From Moniliella sp. 'wahieum' (Eukaryota): a stretch of DNA of 64,000 nt. The notes below the pieces were generated by a model. The model was not told where the DNA came from and did no database searches. It saw only the letters and a program-made list of their open reading frames with translations. The translations under genes were made by a program, and so were the position numbers. The stretch covers positions 62,001 through 126,000 of the forward strand of contig RSEE01000014.1 in assembly GCA_003971905.1 (NCBI GenBank), given 5' to 3'. Position 1 is the first letter of the stretch. Each line of letters opens with the position of its first letter. This document shows positions 59,766 to 64,000 of this stretch, piece after piece.

Positions 59766-61905
59766 GGTGCCTGCCCAGCCAGTGCGTTCGTCGTCGCCGG
59801 CGGTGGATGGATGCCGATGGATGCCCGTGTGTCGGCCAGATGGGGGTCGCCCCAATTCCGCAGCGCCACGACAGCAGCGCTGGCGCGAGCGCTGTTACGT
59901 AACAGGCGTCGGTCCAGGCAGGGCCCCAGGCACAAGGCGTCCTTGACTGGTTTTTCTCACATTTCAATCTGGTGGGGGTGGGCTGGGCAGGATGTGCGGC
60001 CTGCCTGGCCTGGCCTGGCCTGTATCTGCTGCTACCAGACAAAAAGGCACGAGCCATTCGCGCTGCCGTTCGTTCGGTGCGGAGCGCGCTGGATGCGCGC
60101 AGCGCTCGCCCGGCAACCGCCGGCGTCGCCTGCCTGAGGTAAGCGTGGGTTTGCGCTTCGCCTCGTGCTCGTCTAGGCCAGCCTTCGGCACGTGTGCCGG
60201 CAGGGCCGGGTGGGACGCCGAGGGACGATATACTACGATGGCTTGGCGTTTCTTGCGATTGGCCGCGGCCGTTGCCGCAGCCAGTGGGTGGAGGGGGGTC
60301 GGAAGGTGTTGGACGCTGGGCGTTGGGCGCGGGCGACGGACTAGGGTGGCTTGCTGTCAGGCGGCGGAGTCCGTGGAGTCGCTTGCCGCGGGCGAGAACG
60401 TGCGCGGGAGATGGCGCAGACGCAGGCAGGGGGGCACAGAGGACATGCAACCTACTCTGACGTCATAAGGCCGCGCGCCCAGGCTAGGTCCTGCTGTGCG
60501 CTGCCGTGCCCGCTGCTTGCAAAAATCGCAACGATCCTACAAGTAACGCGCGACGTCATCGCGACGCCAAGTGCTCTCCCTTGCCCTGCACCCGACCCGG
60601 CGCGATGGACGCAGCGACGGGGCGGCTATAGGCTGGGGACGGGCGGCCGGCGAGGGTCTGAAGGGTACCATCGATACCAGAGTCACCTACTCACCCACTA
60701 GCCACTGCGCATTATACGCGCCAACTCCTGGCTTGTCTCTCGCTCAGGACAGTGTATTAATACGCGCTGCGTTATATACGCGTCTCGTTGCCGTCCTGCA
60801 AGCTGCACCGTTCAGGCACGTCTATGTTAGTCCCGAGCTGCAAGCCTGGCGTTGTGCCGGGTGCTTCTCAACTCCGCCCCGCCTGCTATCGCATCGGCGA
60901 CGCCACGGACGCCACGGACGGCACGCCAATGTCTCTTTGGCTCAAACCAGCGGCTTGGGGCGGGAGGAGAGGTACTGGCTGGTCCTCTGATGCCTGATGG
61001 ACCAAGTGTCGTTAGCAACACTCGACTGTGCCCCCCCCAACCGGCTTCTTTCGAGACGGTGCCCTGTGGCTTCTCCATAATGTAACCGCTAGACAAAGTT
61101 ATTCATATCAGAGTTTGAGGAAGAGTCTCGACCCTTTTGCTGCTTTGCGGTAATTGTCTCCTCAGCCTCTCTCACAGCACGGCCTCATTTTCTGTAGTAA
61201 TACTGTCTCATCGTTCCCCCTCCCAAGTACCCACATACAACGCGAAGGGTGAAAATTAGGGACGTTTGACGCTGCTACGCGGCTGTTGGCCGCGATGGGC
61301 CTCAGCGCCGAGAACGAGGAGTCAAAAGGGGGGACTCAGTGAAGAGGGGCAGTACGATGGAGGGGATATCGCGCTGTGCGCATGTGCGCGTCCGCAGCCG
61401 GTCTGCGTCACACTCTCGCAGGTTTGACCAAGCGGAGAACTTGGGAATGCAATAGCGTAGAGGTCTAGACCATTGGTTGTTGAGACGCGTCCGTGCCCTT
61501 GGATGCAGAGAGACATCAGCTTCAGCAGGCTTCAGCCCCTTCCCAGCACGGGGGTGCGTGCGGCTATGGTCGGCTATACTGTTCTTCTCGATGGCAACGC
61601 GATCACAGCGCTAGATTGTGTTGCATAGCGTCGATGCTCTGTCTGAGTGTGTCTGCGGTGGCGCACGAGCTCCGCACACCCCCACAGTACAGATAGATAG
61701 ATTTAGGGTACACACTCTCCCCATACCATCTCCCTTTCTGTGGCAACGTGCACCAGCATGAGCAAACCAGCTACCCCGAACCACCTACAACACGAACAAC
61801 AATGGTCTGTGCTGCGTGTTTTTCGTATATATACCCTCCCTCCCCACCTCAACTTGATTTGTTTCCCCCCTCTTTCCTTGGCCACCACAGCAAGACTACT
61901 ATAGG

Positions 61906-63334
61906 ATGAGGCCTACCACAACTGAAGTGCACTCTCCGACCTCCTCCCAACCATTCCCCATCTCCGGTCAGCAGAGCCGGTCTCCCCATCATCACCCCTC
62001 ATCCACGCTCCGCTACCCGGTTTCCCTTGCCGCTGCCCCAAGCCGCACCACGACAGGGATTCACTATGCTACCATCAGTACGCATGGTGCCGACACTACA
62101 GCCGAATCAAGGGTCCGCCAACGATTCCATCCGAACGTAGCTTTACGCACATCTACGTACCCCATTCCCTTCTCTACCTCGGTCCCCGACGAGTCGAGCA
62201 TGTCATCCGATGTGCCGACCACTGCGTGGCGCCGAAGTGAATTATTGTCTTCTTTCCATCGAAGGCAGCCCAGGGTAACCATCTCTGAGGCTCACCAAGC
62301 CTACCACCACCTTGTCGATTGCCCTAGATCTTCCCCCGACGGCCAAGAATTTATTGAACATCCAACATCGCACGGTGTCGGCACAGCAGACTGCACATGC
62401 AGCCTGCTGCAACGCCCATCTTCAAACGTGAGTTCGGTACGTTTTGGTTTTCTCTCGGTTTCTGCTCTCTCTTCCCTTTTGGCTGACTCAACGACATCAT
62501 GCCAGGTCGCAACGGTGCGTCCTGGTACGTACGGGACCGAACAACGTCCTCTCACTCTTTGTACCCGTTGGCCACGCGGAAGCTGGCGTCCCACCGGAAC
62601 TAGCGACGCCTATACCCCACCCATTGCTCCTGCCCTGCCCACCCCGTCCGTCCCTGTCCACCGACCAACCTCTTCTTCCCGTTTTTGCATCCAACGACCC
62701 CCCCTCTCAAGAAACGTACCCTGCCACCATCACCTCCACACCCTTGGCTACCCCTATGGCGATCCCTACTCCTACCCCCTCCAACCCCATGGACCCGAAC
62801 GGCGGCCACGATGACCCCCCTCCGCCGTATACCCTGTTGCCCGAAGACGAGTCTGTGCAAATGGCTTGGTCTGCCCCGGCCGCATTTAGCGTTCCGGCGC
62901 AGTTGGCGCCTTTGACCCCGACCGCGTCTGACCCGGATCAAGTTGCGCCTCGTCCTACCGCGTTTGTTGCTTTCCCCCCGCTGCCACCGATGCAGGAGGT
63001 GATCACGCGGGTAGCAGAAAAACACGGGCCATACGAAGCGCTGCGTTCGGCGCGCTCCTACCGCCTGTTACTTTCCCTGGGTCCAACCAGGCTGTGGGGC
63101 CGGGAAACGGAGCGACTAGAGGCATCGTGTCGCAACTGGGAGCGAGGGTGTGGGTTGTGTACGCGAGCTTTGGTACGGGATGCAACGCGTACCCAGCCCG
63201 TGGCCAATGACTTTACGGGCTCGCGCGAAGTTACCCTTCTTTCGTGCCTGCATGGGTTCCATACGCGCTGTGTGATCCAGCATGTGGGTCGCGGTGGCTT
63301 GGCCTGCCCAGTGTGCAGGCGAGCGTACAGCTAA
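61906..63334 (+). CDS. RING-H2 finger protein with PPPPY motif; 5' part uncertain
   Basis: CGLC...LSCLHGFHTRC...CPVC at the C-terminus; DDPPPPYT; intron ~62428-62505 (GTGAGT...GCTGAC...CAG); TATATA at ~61827. Confidence 0.7.
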
Positions 63335-63603
63335 AAGGGCCTTTGGTTGGCGCTGGTGTGGGTTCTCGATTTGTTTGACACTCCCACTGCCGACGACTGC
63401 CGACGTACGCAGCTGGGTATGGCTGGCTGGGTCGGACTTCTTCGGTGTACATGTAACTGTGTATCTGAGTGTGTATCTATTCCATTCCATAGTTCCATTC
63501 CATTTCATTCAATTCGCTCGCCACCATCTTGAGTGTACCAACTCCCAACGGGGGTCGTAGAAGGTTTTATAGAGTTGTTACAAGACAAACTATGTATCAC
63601 GTG

Positions 63604-63693
63604 TCCTCGATGGTCCAACGGCTATGATGTGACGCTCTCACAGCTTGTTTGCTGGGAACCGTCAAGACCCGGGTTCGACTCCCGGTCGGGGAA
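63604..63693 (+). tRNA. tRNA-Glu(CUC) with an 18-nt intron (63641-63658)
   Basis: Acceptor stem TCCTCGA/TCGGGGA; anticodon arm TGACG-CT-CTC-A[intron]C-CGTCA; T arm CCGGG-TTCGACT-CCCGG; downstream oligo-T Pol III terminator. Confidence 0.92.
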
Positions 63694-64000
63694 CTATCTT
63701 TTTGGCGCAAACAGATCCGCACGCTCGGTTCCATGGGCGACCTGCTGGCAACCAAGCGAAACGCAACCGAGCGAAACGCAAGGATGTTGGAGAAGACAGA
63801 AATGAAAGAAGGGGGCTCTTCTCCGCACTCGGTAACTCCGTAGCCAGTGTGGTTCGGGGGGGGGGGGGGCGGGGGTAGCGGCTGATGAGACCTGGAGTCC
63901 AGATGGTCCTCGAGGGTGATGCAATCGCACTAGTGGTGGTGGTGGTCTAAGCCAACCAGCAACGCCTACTGAGGAACATCAAGCAGCGAGTCGCCACCCG

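Noticed and set aside
1092..63334. Calling the frameshifted genes pseudogenes or programmed-frameshift loci
   Set aside because: Indels hit nearly all genes, including essential ones, without erosion of conserved motifs. Sequencing error is far more parsimonious.

Overview
GC-rich, gene-dense, intron-poor fungal genomic DNA. Protein sequences and intron signals (GTACGT/GTATGT donors, CTGAC/CTAAC branch sites) suggest a basidiomycete, probably Ustilaginomycotina-like; this placement is inference. Almost every gene carries multiple 1-bp frameshifts, most likely from an unpolished long-read consensus, so gene models were reconstructed across frames and their ends are approximate. Recognisable genes, in order: a two-RRM protein, REI1, a YeeE/YedE sulfur transporter, an Nrd1/Mrn1-like RRM protein, a divergent FTR1/FET3 iron-uptake pair with GATA sites, two hypothetical proteins, mitochondrial uL10, TPS2, a divergent PIG-U/dolichol kinase pair, ATG1, a C2H2 transcription factor, a possible Ecl1-like Cys microprotein, an A-T-R-R NRPS-like enzyme (ATRR/NPS10 type), SERINC/TMS1, a stand-alone AP-2 alpha-adaptin ear-domain gene, GIS2/CNBP, EMC7, a RING-H2 protein and an intron-containing tRNA-Glu(CUC). 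The most unusual element is the trunk-less alpha-adaptin appendage gene, whose ligand-binding platform residues appear intact.
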